A DNA stretch of 64,000 nucleotides, taken from the IMG/VR virus record IMGVR_UViG_3300047157_000197, positions 1 through 64,000 of that record; one strand, written 5' to 3'. The position numbers were made by a program, and so were the translations under genes. Shown here in pieces: positions 36,670 through 46,783 of the stretch; the first letter of the stretch is position 1, and every line of letters starts with the position of its first letter. The notes beneath the pieces were generated by a model, which worked only from the letters and a program-made list of their open reading frames with translations, did not search any database and was not told where the DNA came from.

Positions 36670-37154
36670 AAAAATTATTTATTGATAAAATTATAAAAGA
36701 TAAAAAAATTACTTTTAGTAAAAACAAAAACTTTTATCTTCATGTCTATGTAAATGTAGAAAATGGAGTAGGTACGTTTAATATAAATAATAATTTTATA
36801 AAACACACTGCAAAAAAACTTACAGAATATATAAATGACTCAAAATATAAAAATGTAGTTTTAATATGTAGAAGTGAAAAAGAACAATTTTCAGAAGCAT
36901 TTCCTAAATTAAATGATTTAATGTATTTAAAAGATAATACTAAAAAGAATTTAAAAATATTTTATCAAGACCCATGGCCATCTCATGTTCCAAATTTTAT
37001 TGAAGATGAAAAAACTTTATATATAAGATTTGGGTTTGATGAAGGAAGTGAATTTGATAAATTATGTGTTAATGACCCAACCTTTAAAACAACACAAGTA
37101 GATGGAGATTATTGGTTTTTGTTAAACAACATAAATAATAAATTATTATATTAA
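36657..37154 (+). CDS. Hypothetical protein
   Basis: 165 aa ORF. Confidence 0.6.
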   Translation: MGRVKKLFIDKIIKDKKITFSKNKNFYLHVYVNVENGVGTFNINNNFIKHTAKKLTEYINDSKYKNVVLICRSEKEQFSEAFPKLNDLMYLKDNTKKNLKIFYQDPWPSHVPNFIEDEKTLYIRFGFDEGSEFDKLCVNDPTFKTTQVDGDYWFLLNNINNKLLY

Positions 37155-37155
37155 T

Positions 37156-38061
37156 ATGAATTCACTAGATTTAAGATACCAAAATATATTACAAGATATA
37201 TTATTAGAAGGAAAAGAAAAAGGAGATAGAACTGGCACAGGTACTATATCTGTATTTGGTAAACAAATTAGACATGATATGAGTGATGGATTTCCTTTAC
37301 TAACCACAAAGAAGATGGCAGTTAAAACTATGATGACTGAATTAAAGTGGTTTCTAAAAGGAGATACTAATATCAAATACTTAGTTGAGAACAACTGTCA
37401 TATTTGGGACGGTGATGCTTATAAAGTATATGAACGAACTTATCTTCATGATTTAGATGAACCTCTACCACAAAAAGAGTTTATAAATAAAATAAAAACC
37501 GATGATGAGTTTGCAAGAGTATGGGGTGAGTTAGGACCAATCTATGGTAAACAATGGAGAGAATGGTCACCAGTTGCAGGTGAGATAAACAAAGGTGGTA
37601 AAGACCAAATCAAAGAATTAATTAAAAATATAAAAGAGAACCCTGATAGTAGAAGATTGATGGTATCAGCTTGGAACGTAAGTGAGTTACCTCTAGTAGT
37701 TCTTCCTCCTTGTCATTATGGATTCCAATGTTATGTAAACGATGGTAAGTTATCTCTAATGTGGAATCAACGTTCAGTAGATACATTCTTAGGGTTACCA
37801 TTTAATATTGCATCCTATGGTACTCTATTACTCTTATTATGTGAAGAAACAAATTTAGAACCAGGTGAACTGATTGGGAACTTAGGTGATACTCATTTAT
37901 ATAAAAATCATATTGAACAAGCAGAAGAACAGAGATTACGAAGTTCTTTTACATTACCAACAATAAAATTATCTAACGTAGATATTTTAAATGGAGAATG
38001 GGATTATGAAATAGAAGGATATAAATATCACCCAACAATTAAAGCACCATTAAGTAATTAA
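37156..38061 (+). CDS. thyA: Thymidylate synthase
   Basis: DRTGTGT, FPLLTTKK, LPPCH, QRSVDTFLGLPFN, GDTHLYKNH. Confidence 0.96.
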   Translation: MNSLDLRYQNILQDILLEGKEKGDRTGTGTISVFGKQIRHDMSDGFPLLTTKKMAVKTMMTELKWFLKGDTNIKYLVENNCHIWDGDAYKVYERTYLHDLDEPLPQKEFINKIKTDDEFARVWGELGPIYGKQWREWSPVAGEINKGGKDQIKELIKNIKENPDSRRLMVSAWNVSELPLVVLPPCHYGFQCYVNDGKLSLMWNQRSVDTFLGLPFNIASYGTLLLLLCEETNLEPGELIGNLGDTHLYKNHIEQAEEQRLRSSFTLPTIKLSNVDILNGEWDYEIEGYKYHPTIKAPLSN

Positions 38062-38168
38062 TATGACAAAACAAGAAATAGTAAAAAAAATCGTGGAATT
38101 AAAACTTATTAAACCACAAACACAAAAAATTAAATTACAAATTCAAAAGTTACAACAAAAACTAAACA

Positions 38169-39134
38169 ATGATTAGAACAGCAGAATGTGTATCACCGAT
38201 GCACCCAGACAAGATGTGTGATAGAATATCAGACACATTATTAGATTTACATTTAGAACAAGACCCAAACTCACGAGTAGCAATTGAAACTTGTGGTGGT
38301 ATGGGAGAAGTTTATATCACAGGAGAAGTTACTTCAAATGCAGTAGTAACGAGAAATGATATTGTAAAGGTAGTTCATAGTGTAACTACCGATGATACGA
38401 TTGAAGTTATCATTAACATCAACTCACAATCACCAGAGATTGCAAATGGAGTAGATACTGGTGGAGCAGGTGACCAAGGAATTATGATTGGTTATGCTTG
38501 TAGAGATAATAAAGAATTTTTACCACAAGAATATTTCTTATCAAGAGAACTAAACAAGTATGTATTTAGTAAATATCCGTATGATGGTAAAACTCAAGTT
38601 ACTATGAATGGTAACTCACTTAGAGTTGTATGTTCATTTCAGAAAGCACCAACAAAAGAATTACAACAATTGGTATATGAATATTTTGAAGATTATCCAG
38701 AATATCAAATTGAAGCATTACATTGTAATCCTGCTGGAGAGTGGAACATTGGTGGATTTACTGCTGATGCTGGATTAACTGGTAGAAAACTTGCAGTAGA
38801 TAATTATGGACCGAGAGTTCCACTTGGTGGTGGAGCATTTAGTGGTAAGGATTCTACTAAGGTTGATAGAAGTGCAGCTTATATGGGAAGAAGAATAGCA
38901 GTAGATATATTAGAACAAAGACCAGAGGTACAAGAAGTAATGGTTCAACTTGCTTATGCAATTGGATATGACCAACCTCTACAAGCAACTGCTATCGTTG
39001 ATGGAGAACACGAATTTATCAAGGGATATGATTTATCCCCTAAAGGAATAATTGATTTCTTAGAACTAAGAAAACCAATATTTGGAGAAACCGCAGGGTT
39101 TGGACACATGGGTGCAGGATTTAAATGGAAATAA
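38169..39134 (+). CDS. metK: S-adenosylmethionine synthetase
   Basis: HPDKMCD, GAGDQG, DGKTQV, DAGLTGRK, GGGAFSGKD...KVDRS. Confidence 0.95.
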   Translation: MIRTAECVSPMHPDKMCDRISDTLLDLHLEQDPNSRVAIETCGGMGEVYITGEVTSNAVVTRNDIVKVVHSVTTDDTIEVIININSQSPEIANGVDTGGAGDQGIMIGYACRDNKEFLPQEYFLSRELNKYVFSKYPYDGKTQVTMNGNSLRVVCSFQKAPTKELQQLVYEYFEDYPEYQIEALHCNPAGEWNIGGFTADAGLTGRKLAVDNYGPRVPLGGGAFSGKDSTKVDRSAAYMGRRIAVDILEQRPEVQEVMVQLAYAIGYDQPLQATAIVDGEHEFIKGYDLSPKGIIDFLELRKPIFGETAGFGHMGAGFKWK

Positions 39135-39135
39135 A

Positions 39136-39167
39136 TTAGGAATTATAAAATAATTTTCGTATATTTG
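39136..39167 (+). promoter_or_regulatory. Bacteroidota-type promoter
   Basis: TTAGG-N19-TATATTTG. Confidence 0.8.
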
Positions 39168-39185
39168 TATAACAAATAGATTACA

Positions 39186-39659
39186 ATGAGTAAAAAATAT
39201 AAAGTAATATTAATTAGTGGTGGATTTGACCCTGTACATAAAGGTCATATCGAATGTATCCAAAATGCTAAGAAGTTAGCAGATGAAGTTTGGATAGGAC
39301 TTAACAACGATAGTTGGTTAAGAAGAAAAAAAGGTAAATCTTTTATGAAAGAAGGAGAACGAAAGTTTATAATGGAATCACTAAGAGATGTAGATTATGT
39401 TTATGTAATGAATCCACTTATACATGGAGATGATACAGCAATTGATTTTATTGACCATGCAAGAAAAAAGTTTGTAAATCAAAATGGTGATTTACCAAAA
39501 GGTGTAATGGCATTTGGTAATGGTGGAGATAGAACAGAAACAACTACACCAGAGAATGATGTATGTAATTCATACGGAATAGAATCAGTATGGGGATTGG
39601 GTAAGAAGATTCAATCATCATCTTGGTTATTAGAAAAATATTTAAATATAGCAGAATAA
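39186..39659 (+). CDS. Cytidylyltransferase-family nucleotidyltransferase (TagD/RfaE-like)
   Basis: SGGFDPVHKGH (HxGH), GLNND, FGNGGDR, QSSS. Confidence 0.85.
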   Translation: MSKKYKVILISGGFDPVHKGHIECIQNAKKLADEVWIGLNNDSWLRRKKGKSFMKEGERKFIMESLRDVDYVYVMNPLIHGDDTAIDFIDHARKKFVNQNGDLPKGVMAFGNGGDRTETTTPENDVCNSYGIESVWGLGKKIQSSSWLLEKYLNIAE

Positions 39660-39660
39660 A

Positions 39661-39900
39661 ATGAACATAGAACAATTAGTAAACGATTACCCCAATGATA
39701 TGGAGCTTGGAAAAAAAGTAAGAGAACTATATCGCGAGGGAAGAAAATTCCAAGATAAACTTTCTGAAAAAATGAAAGATGCAAAAATATTTGAATCACC
39801 TGATGGTGGTAGAACAATCTACGTTAGAGGTTGGGGAGAACCAACATCAAATAGAAAATTATCAACAACCCAATTAAATATATTTGATGAAACTAATTAA
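39661..39900 (+). CDS. Hypothetical protein
   Basis: YPNDMELG and IFESPDGGRTIYVR segments. Confidence 0.6.
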   Translation: MNIEQLVNDYPNDMELGKKVRELYREGRKFQDKLSEKMKDAKIFESPDGGRTIYVRGWGEPTSNRKLSTTQLNIFDETN

Positions 39901-40507
39901 AGACCCAAATAAATTAAAATCAGTAATTACCCCATCTACTTTTACTAAAGAAGAAATTGATAAAGTATCAAAAGTTTTATCAACAGAACTTGAAAAACAT
40001 GGCGGATTAGGATTATCTGCAAACCAAATAGGTTTAACAGATAGAGTATGTATAGTAAATGTAAAAGAACCATTGATATTGGTTAATCCAAGAGTTACAG
40101 AAGCTTCAAAAGAAACAGTTGTATATCTTGAGCAATGTTTATCATTAGATAAAACAATGAAAAAACCTGTGCAAACATTAAGACATAAATCATTTACAGT
40201 AGAATGTGATAATTTAGGAACAGTTATATTTTCATCTGATAAAAAAGAAGGAGAAACTTGGAAAGATTCAGAAGAATTTTATTCTGATGAAGGATTATTA
40301 GAATGTGTATGTGCTCAACACGAAATAGACCATCTTAATGGAATTCTTATAACAGATTCTTCAAGAAGATATACTACAACAGTACGAAGAGAAAAAAAGT
40401 ATGGTAGAAACGAAAGAGTAATGGTAAAATTACCAGATGGTTCTACTGAATTTATGAAATACAAAAAGGCAGAACCACTACTTTTAGTTGGTTGTGAAAT
40501 CTTATAA
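39884..40507 (+). CDS. def: Peptide deformylase with C-terminal extension
   Basis: GLSANQIG, EQCLS, QHEIDHLNG. Confidence 0.92.
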   Translation: MMKLIKDPNKLKSVITPSTFTKEEIDKVSKVLSTELEKHGGLGLSANQIGLTDRVCIVNVKEPLILVNPRVTEASKETVVYLEQCLSLDKTMKKPVQTLRHKSFTVECDNLGTVIFSSDKKEGETWKDSEEFYSDEGLLECVCAQHEIDHLNGILITDSSRRYTTTVRREKKYGRNERVMVKLPDGSTEFMKYKKAEPLLLVGCEIL

Positions 40508-40519
40508 TTTAATTTAAAA

Positions 40520-40789
40520 ATGGGTAAACTTATATTTACATATACAGACAAAGACTTTATAGAACTCAATAGAGAAGCAAGTAGAATTGAATTAGATGTG
40601 CCAGATGATATGGATATTAACGAATATAAAGTTGTTTGTATTCGATTGGCTACAGCAATGGGTTATAGTAGTACCACTATAAAAAAATCATTTGGTGATT
40701 TAGTTTATGGGGGAGAAGATAAAAACGAACTAAAGGAATTACTAAATGAACTCAACATCAAAGACAACAATAAAAAAACTAAAAAGTAA
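40520..40789 (+). CDS. Hypothetical protein
   Basis: 89 aa ORF. Confidence 0.6.
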   Translation: MGKLIFTYTDKDFIELNREASRIELDVPDDMDINEYKVVCIRLATAMGYSSTTIKKSFGDLVYGGEDKNELKELLNELNIKDNNKKTKK

Positions 40790-41051
40790 ATTACTTACTC
40801 AAAGTTTAGTGACTCAGAGTTTAATGGATTTACTAATAGAAAAAAAGATTTTTACTAGAGAAGAAATATTAGATAAAATTGATTTTAATATGGAACTATG
40901 GGAAGAAGTAGTTGCAGAAAATAAAGAAAGAATTACTGATGCTGATGTCGATGCATTAAATGAAATATTAGAAACAGATATATTAGAAGAATCTGAACTT
41001 GGAGAAGATGTTTTTAGTGGGTTATATTACGGACCAATGGGAGAGTGTTAA
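40746..41051 (+). CDS. Acidic hypothetical protein
   Basis: 101 aa; ends LYYGPMGEC. Confidence 0.55.
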   Translation: MNSTSKTTIKKLKSKLLTQSLVTQSLMDLLIEKKIFTREEILDKIDFNMELWEEVVAENKERITDADVDALNEILETDILEESELGEDVFSGLYYGPMGEC

Positions 41052-41067
41052 AAAAACTCTTTAAAAA

Positions 41068-41099
41068 TTAGGATATATCGAATTTTTTTCGTATATTTA
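41068..41099 (+). promoter_or_regulatory. Bacteroidota-type promoter
   Basis: TTAGG-N19-TATATTTA. Confidence 0.75.
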
Positions 41100-41124
41100 C
41101 ATAGTAAATCAAGGAGAAGTATCT

Positions 41125-41709
41125 ATGAAAAAACAAATATTAACAGTAATCATATCAATGATTGCAACAATTAGTTTAGTTGGATTCACAAAACATTATA
41201 TAAAACCTAAAATAAAAATAGTTACTGAATTGGAAAGTAAACCAATTCAACCTATTGAAATAAAACTAGAACCTGTATCTATTGAAATTAATGAAACTGA
41301 AATGTTTCTAAATGCAGTAGGAATGAGGGAATCATCAAACAGATATACAGTTGTAAACAAATGGGGTTACATGGGAAAATATCAGTTTGGTAAAAGAACT
41401 TTAAAGAATCTTGGATATGATGTATCGAGAAAAGAATTCTTAAATTCACCACACTTACAAGAAATGGCAATGTTAGATTTACTTTTACACAATAAAAAGA
41501 TTTTACAATCTTACATTGATATACATGAGGGTGAAGTAATCCATGGAACAGAAATAACTGAAAGTGGAATTTTAGCAGCTGCACATCTTGCAGGACCTGG
41601 TAATGTAAAAAGATACTTTAAAAAAGGAAAACAATTTAAAGATGGTAATGGTACAAAACTTACTTCGTATCTAACCAACTTTAGTGGATATGCATTAAAT
41701 TTAAAATAA
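41125..41709 (+). CDS. Lysozyme/lytic-transglycosylase-fold protein with N-terminal anchor
   Basis: AVGMRESS (catalytic Glu), MGKYQF, LAAAHLAGPG. Confidence 0.72.
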   Translation: MKKQILTVIISMIATISLVGFTKHYIKPKIKIVTELESKPIQPIEIKLEPVSIEINETEMFLNAVGMRESSNRYTVVNKWGYMGKYQFGKRTLKNLGYDVSRKEFLNSPHLQEMAMLDLLLHNKKILQSYIDIHEGEVIHGTEITESGILAAAHLAGPGNVKRYFKKGKQFKDGNGTKLTSYLTNFSGYALNLK

Positions 41710-41710
41710 C

Positions 41711-41986
41711 ATGATAGAACTACTTACTACCTATAATATTGTTATAGGAGTTTCTGTAATACTCAATATTATTTTGTTAATAGGTGTTAGAAACTTATTA
41801 AAACAAAATGAACAACTTGAAGATAGATTAATTAATACAATCAACTCTACAAGAAATAAAGTATCAGATGCTCTTGATAATATGAGAAAAATAGATAAAC
41901 GAGAGGCTTTTGAAAAAGATGATGAAGTTGGAATAACTTTTGATGAAATCAAAAAAATAGTAAATACCCTCAATAACGAAATATAA
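41711..41986 (+). CDS. TM plus coiled-coil protein
   Basis: N-terminal TM, heptad repeats. Confidence 0.6.
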   Translation: MIELLTTYNIVIGVSVILNIILLIGVRNLLKQNEQLEDRLINTINSTRNKVSDALDNMRKIDKREAFEKDDEVGITFDEIKKIVNTLNNEI

Positions 41987-41987
41987 T

Positions 41988-42761
41988 ATGCCAAAACCTA
42001 GAAGAAAAAAATCCAAGATATATTTTGGAACACCTGCACAAGAAGCAATAATAGAATATAATAACTGTGATGATTCGACTGTAAGGTCTAAAATTTATGA
42101 GGAACGAATCAAATATCCATTTGAAAAACTTGCAGAAAATGTTATGAATACATTCAAGTTTACTTATTTCGATGTACCGAAAATAGATGTACAAACAGAA
42201 GTTGTATCTATTATGGTACAAAAGATGCATATGTTTCAAGAAGGTAAGGGTAGAGCATTTTCTTATTTCACCATTATTGCAAAGAATCATTTAATTTTAA
42301 AAAATAATGGTAACTTTAAAAGGTGGAAACAAAACAATCTCCTTTCTCAAATGCCACTAACATGGAACCCTGAAAATGATTTTGTTAAAGAACAACGAGA
42401 TAGTGAGTTCAATGAATTTAAAAACATAATGTTAAAATATTGGGATGAAAACTTAAACTTTGTTTTTACTAAAAAAAGAGATTTACAAATTGCAGATTCT
42501 ATACTTGAATTATTTAGAAGAAGTGAGCATATAGAAAATTTTAATAAAAAACATTTATATTTACTTATCAGAGAAATGACAGATTGTAAAACTCATTATA
42601 TTACTAAGGTTGTAAATGTAATGAAAAAACATCAAAAGAAATTATTAAATGATTTTTTAGAACATGGTGAAATTATCAACAAACCAAAACCTAGATTTTG
42701 GGAAGATGAAGAAGATAAAAAGAATGATACGAATCCATATATAGATAATGAATATTTGTAA
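41988..42761 (+). CDS. Phage sigma-factor-like protein (T4 gp55-like)
   Basis: EKLAENV...GKGRAFSYFTIIAKN resembles the gp55-family region-2 motif AFxYFT. Confidence 0.55.
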   Translation: MPKPRRKKSKIYFGTPAQEAIIEYNNCDDSTVRSKIYEERIKYPFEKLAENVMNTFKFTYFDVPKIDVQTEVVSIMVQKMHMFQEGKGRAFSYFTIIAKNHLILKNNGNFKRWKQNNLLSQMPLTWNPENDFVKEQRDSEFNEFKNIMLKYWDENLNFVFTKKRDLQIADSILELFRRSEHIENFNKKHLYLLIREMTDCKTHYITKVVNVMKKHQKKLLNDFLEHGEIINKPKPRFWEDEEDKKNDTNPYIDNEYL

Positions 42762-42763
42762 AA

Positions 42764-44482
42764 ATGAGTAACGGTTATATTTTAGGAATAAGTTGTGGTT
42801 ATCATGATAGTGCAGCTGCATTAATTAAAGATGGGAATGTTTTGGGTGCATGTGAAGAAGAAAGATTCACTGGTATCAAACATGATTCTAGATTTCCAAT
42901 TAATACTATAAAGTGGTTAATGAAAACATACAAAGTAACACCAGATACTTTAAACGCTATCTGTTTTTACGAAAACCCACAAAATAAATTAGATAGAATA
43001 AAAGTAAGTACCGAAAAAAAACCTAAAAAATGGTATGAGTTTTTAAATAAAAAAAATAGTATTTTAATTAAAAATCAAGAGGCTTATAAAATTCTTCAAG
43101 AACAATTAAAAACTCTTTGTGGTAAAAATACAAAAATACATTATACTGACCACCACCAATCACATTTAGCATATTCATATTACACTTCAAACTTTAACGA
43201 ATCTGCAATCCTTTCAGTTGATGGTGTAGGTGAGTGGGAAACAACTGTTTTAGGAATAGGAACTGAAAATAAAATAAAAAAATTAAATAGTGTAAATTTT
43301 CCTCATTCCCTTGGAATGTTATATTCAACATTTACTGCCTTTCTTGGGTTTAAACCAAACGAGGGTGAGTATAAAGTAATGGGTTTAGCACCATATGGTA
43401 AACCTGAAAAGTATAATAAATTATTTAAGGAATTATATACAGAAAAAGAAGATGGTACTTTTGAATTAAAAATGGAGTACTTTACATACGAGTATTCTAA
43501 TACACATATGTTTAATGAAAAGTTAGGAAAATTATTTGAATTTCCAAACAGATTACCAGAAGAGCCATTAGAACAACATCACAAGGATTTAGCAGCATCA
43601 TTACAATACAATTACGAAAAACTATTTTTTAGATTATTGAATGAATTACATGATAAAACAAAATCTGACAACTTATGTTTGAGTGGTGGGTGTGCTTATA
43701 ATGGAACTGCAAATGGTAAGATATTAAAAAGAACAAACTTTAAAAATCTATACATCCCACCTGCTCCATCAGATGCTGGTTCTGCTATTGGATGTGGACT
43801 TGATTATTACTATAAATCAAAAGATAATGTAAGAATAAAAAATTCAAACCCATATCTTGGTCCAATGTATTCAAAAGATGAAATTTTTGAAGCAACAGAA
43901 AAATATAAAGATAAAATTTGGGTAGAAACAAAACTTTATGAACAAATTATTGATATTGTTGCTGAAGAAATTAAAGATGGTAGTGTTATAGGATGGTTTC
44001 AAGGTAGGATGGAGTTTGGTGCACGTGCATTAGGTAATCGTTCTATCTTAGCAAATCCAAGAGACCCTCAAATGAAATCTCGTTTAAATAAGATGATTAA
44101 AAAAAGAGAAGGGTTTAGACCTTTTGCTCCAATTGTAAAAGAATCTTCTTCAACCAGTTATTTTAATTACGAAGATACTGTACCTTATATGAATCAGGTA
44201 GTAAAGGTAAAAAGCCATCATGCAAAAAACTTACCAGCAATAACACATATTGATAATTCAGCTAGAATACAAACTCTAAATAAAAATCAACATAGACATA
44301 TGTTTTCTTTGTTAGAAAAATTAGAAACAATAAATGATTACCCTATTGTTATAAACACTTCATTTAATTTAAAAGACCAAACAATGGTTCTTACACCCGA
44401 GGATGCAATTAAAACTTTCTTAAATTGTGAAATGGATATTCTTATACTTCATAACCTTATAATTAAAAAAAAGATACTTTAG
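42764..44482 (+). CDS. Carbamoyltransferase (NodU/CmcH/TobZ family)
   Basis: GYHDSAA, EEERF, HHQSH, VDGVGE, GEYKVMGLAPYG, SDAG, GARALGNRS, RPFAP, NTSFN. Confidence 0.95.
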   Translation: MSNGYILGISCGYHDSAAALIKDGNVLGACEEERFTGIKHDSRFPINTIKWLMKTYKVTPDTLNAICFYENPQNKLDRIKVSTEKKPKKWYEFLNKKNSILIKNQEAYKILQEQLKTLCGKNTKIHYTDHHQSHLAYSYYTSNFNESAILSVDGVGEWETTVLGIGTENKIKKLNSVNFPHSLGMLYSTFTAFLGFKPNEGEYKVMGLAPYGKPEKYNKLFKELYTEKEDGTFELKMEYFTYEYSNTHMFNEKLGKLFEFPNRLPEEPLEQHHKDLAASLQYNYEKLFFRLLNELHDKTKSDNLCLSGGCAYNGTANGKILKRTNFKNLYIPPAPSDAGSAIGCGLDYYYKSKDNVRIKNSNPYLGPMYSKDEIFEATEKYKDKIWVETKLYEQIIDIVAEEIKDGSVIGWFQGRMEFGARALGNRSILANPRDPQMKSRLNKMIKKREGFRPFAPIVKESSSTSYFNYEDTVPYMNQVVKVKSHHAKNLPAITHIDNSARIQTLNKNQHRHMFSLLEKLETINDYPIVINTSFNLKDQTMVLTPEDAIKTFLNCEMDILILHNLIIKKKIL

Positions 44483-44543
44483 TTAATTTTTTCTCTACTT
44501 ATCTTAAAGAACCCTTGTCGTATAATAAAGAGGCTAGGAATAG

Positions 44544-44573
44544 AAACCCAACGAATTTCGGTTGGGTTTTTTT
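44544..44573 (+). terminator. Rho-independent terminator
   Basis: AAACCCAAC/GTTGGGTTT stem with T run. Confidence 0.8.
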
Positions 44574-44734
44574 GTACATAAATATATAAACCCCAAATAC
44601 ACTTCGTTAATTAGGTATAGAATATATATTCTAATTTTTTTGTTTATATATACCATAGTTATTTAGTGGATATCCCTTAGTTTTGTAAGATGGAACAGTT
44701 ATTCACATTTAATTAAAACAAAAGGAAAAACAAT

Positions 44735-44965
44735 ATGGAATTTTTGAAAAAAATAGGCTCTTGGGCTGATGAATTGACAAAGATTGGTATTAGCATAATC
44801 GCCTTAGGAGTAGTATTTGAAGTATTATTCAAAGGTGCAGACATCCCTTTCTGGCCAGAAGTATCAGTAGTTGATAACATTATGGCTATTTTAGGAAGTT
44901 TGAGTGCTGAAGGTCTGTTAGGACTTGTAGGTGCTTTTGTACTTTATCACATTATTAAGAAGTAA
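44735..44965 (+). CDS. Small membrane protein (holin-like size)
   Basis: 76 aa with two hydrophobic helices. Confidence 0.6.
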   Translation: MEFLKKIGSWADELTKIGISIIALGVVFEVLFKGADIPFWPEVSVVDNIMAILGSLSAEGLLGLVGAFVLYHIIKK

Positions 44966-45000
44966 GGATTAGAAGTAATTCTAACAACGCGTTTATGATT

Positions 45001-45028
45001 AAACCTCACACTAAAAGTGAGGTTTTTT
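45001..45028 (+). terminator. Rho-independent terminator
   Basis: AAACCTCAC/GTGAGGTTT stem with T run. Confidence 0.8.
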
Positions 45029-45037
45029 CGTTTACTA

Positions 45038-45045
45038 TATTTATA
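45038..45045 (+). promoter_or_regulatory. Putative late promoter TATTTATA opening the structural module
   Basis: Directly after a terminator, before ATG 45067. Confidence 0.55.
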
Positions 45046-45066
45046 TACAACTAATATGGTATAATC

Positions 45067-45480
45067 ATGAGTACAGATTTTGAATTATTTCCTGGTAAGA
45101 ACCTTAGTGGATTGTTTAAAGATATCTATGAGAATCAACAAAACAAGAAACAAAGAATTTCTGAGCTAATTGCTGAAATGAAAACAGTAATTAGACATGC
45201 AGGGGATATGGCAGTAATTGGGCCAATCATAAAAGATTTAGTTGATACATCAGTTAAGAATGATGATTCACTAATCAAGATGGCAGCAATTGCACAAAGA
45301 ATTATTGGAGCATCACAAAAAGCAGAAGGGGATAGTGGATTTCTTTCTGATGATGAAAAAGAACAATTACTAAAACAATTGGATGAAACTATTTCACAAG
45401 TAGCAGATGAACAAGATATAAAAGTTGATGAACTTACTAATGAAGTAGAAGAATTAAAACAAAAGGTAAGTAATGCGTAG
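45067..45480 (+). CDS. Helical hypothetical protein
   Basis: 137 aa coiled-coil-rich. Confidence 0.65.
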   Translation: MSTDFELFPGKNLSGLFKDIYENQQNKKQRISELIAEMKTVIRHAGDMAVIGPIIKDLVDTSVKNDDSLIKMAAIAQRIIGASQKAEGDSGFLSDDEKEQLLKQLDETISQVADEQDIKVDELTNEVEELKQKVSNA

Positions 45481-46780
45481 AGGAGCAGTTGCAGCATCGG
45501 CAAAAAGTAATTTAAGTGGCAGAGCTCCAAATGAATCTGCATCGTCTACTGGTTTAGTGATGGATGTAGTTTACAATGAAACGCACCCAAAGATAGTAGA
45601 ACTTCAAAAAGAACTTCAAAAAGAAGGAGTTGACCCACGCACCGTAAATTTTTTATATTACGCAAAAATTAGAAAAGAAAGTGATACCACATCATCACCA
45701 ACAAGTGGTCAATGGGTTCCACCACATAGTTATAATGATTTAGATTTACCAGTAAAAAATGAACGAGTTCAATTAATAAAAATACAAGGTAGAGAATGTT
45801 ATAAACGTATTGCATCATTTAATTTAAATTTACCAAACTTTGACCCAAATGCAATATTGGTAAACAATCCAGTCACTCACAAAGATGATTCTGACCAATC
45901 AACAAAATATAAAGAAGTATCTTCCACAGGTACCCCAACCTCTGATAAAGCAAGTTCAGAAGAACAACGACCAAAAAATGAGTTCATAAAACCAGAACAA
46001 ATAAATCCACTAAAAGCATTTGAGGGTGATAAATTAATACAATCAAGATTTGGTCAATCAATACGATTTAGTGGTTACTACAATGAGACAGAAGAGTTTT
46101 CACCAACTATAATAATTAGAAATAGACAGGCAACTCCAGCGGATTTAAATGAAAAAACCCCAACACTAGAAGATTTTAAAGAAGATGGTTCTATAATTGC
46201 ATTATCAAGTAATGAACAGAAATTACCTTATTCAAAAGATTTTCTAAATGCACAAGTAAGTGCTTTTGGTGGAGGATATACCGAGGGTGGTGAGTTCGAA
46301 GAAAATACATATCCTGCAGAACTTGTGGGTGGTAACATTTTAATTAAAAGTTCAAGAATAACACTTGCATCACAAGAGGGAGAAATGATATTTTTATCTA
46401 AAGGAAATTATGGATTTATTTCTGATGGCTTATTTACTATTGATAATTTTAATCCTAATGCTGAAGAATCTGATAAGGGTTTAGGTGGTGCACTTTTAAA
46501 TTTTGGTGGAGATGTGATTGTAAAGAGTAATGGAGATGATATAAAATTATTAGGAGATGAGGGTGGTTTGATTTATCTTAATACACTAAATCAAGAAGAA
46601 CCAATCGTTAAAGGAAATACATTAAAGGATTTATTAACAGAATTAATTGATTTAATTAATAATCAAATTTTTTCTACTCCAGCAGGTCCAACCGCATTAG
46701 GACCAAATAATAGAACAGATTTTCAAAATTTAAGTGATAGGTTAGAAACATTCTTATCTGAAAAAAACTATACAGAATAA
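45473..46780 (+). CDS. Baseplate hub/spike-like protein (gp5/gpV-like)
   Basis: GDKLIQSRFGQSIRF, beta-repeat region, EPIVKGNTL...TPAGPT; upstream of gp25-like gene. Confidence 0.5.
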   Translation: MRRGAVAASAKSNLSGRAPNESASSTGLVMDVVYNETHPKIVELQKELQKEGVDPRTVNFLYYAKIRKESDTTSSPTSGQWVPPHSYNDLDLPVKNERVQLIKIQGRECYKRIASFNLNLPNFDPNAILVNNPVTHKDDSDQSTKYKEVSSTGTPTSDKASSEEQRPKNEFIKPEQINPLKAFEGDKLIQSRFGQSIRFSGYYNETEEFSPTIIIRNRQATPADLNEKTPTLEDFKEDGSIIALSSNEQKLPYSKDFLNAQVSAFGGGYTEGGEFEENTYPAELVGGNILIKSSRITLASQEGEMIFLSKGNYGFISDGLFTIDNFNPNAEESDKGLGGALLNFGGDVIVKSNGDDIKLLGDEGGLIYLNTLNQEEPIVKGNTLKDLLTELIDLINNQIFSTPAGPTALGPNNRTDFQNLSDRLETFLSEKNYTE

Positions 46781-46783
46781 CCA

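Noticed and set aside
37156-38061. Intron or intein in thyA, a common phage insertion site
   Set aside because: ORF is continuous and of normal length with all motifs in order
44496-44573. Purine-riboswitch-like TCGTATAAT segment, or a small RNA after TACTTATC
   Set aside because: The rest of the purine aptamer is missing and upstream pairing is weak; most simply the terminator region of the carbamoyltransferase operon
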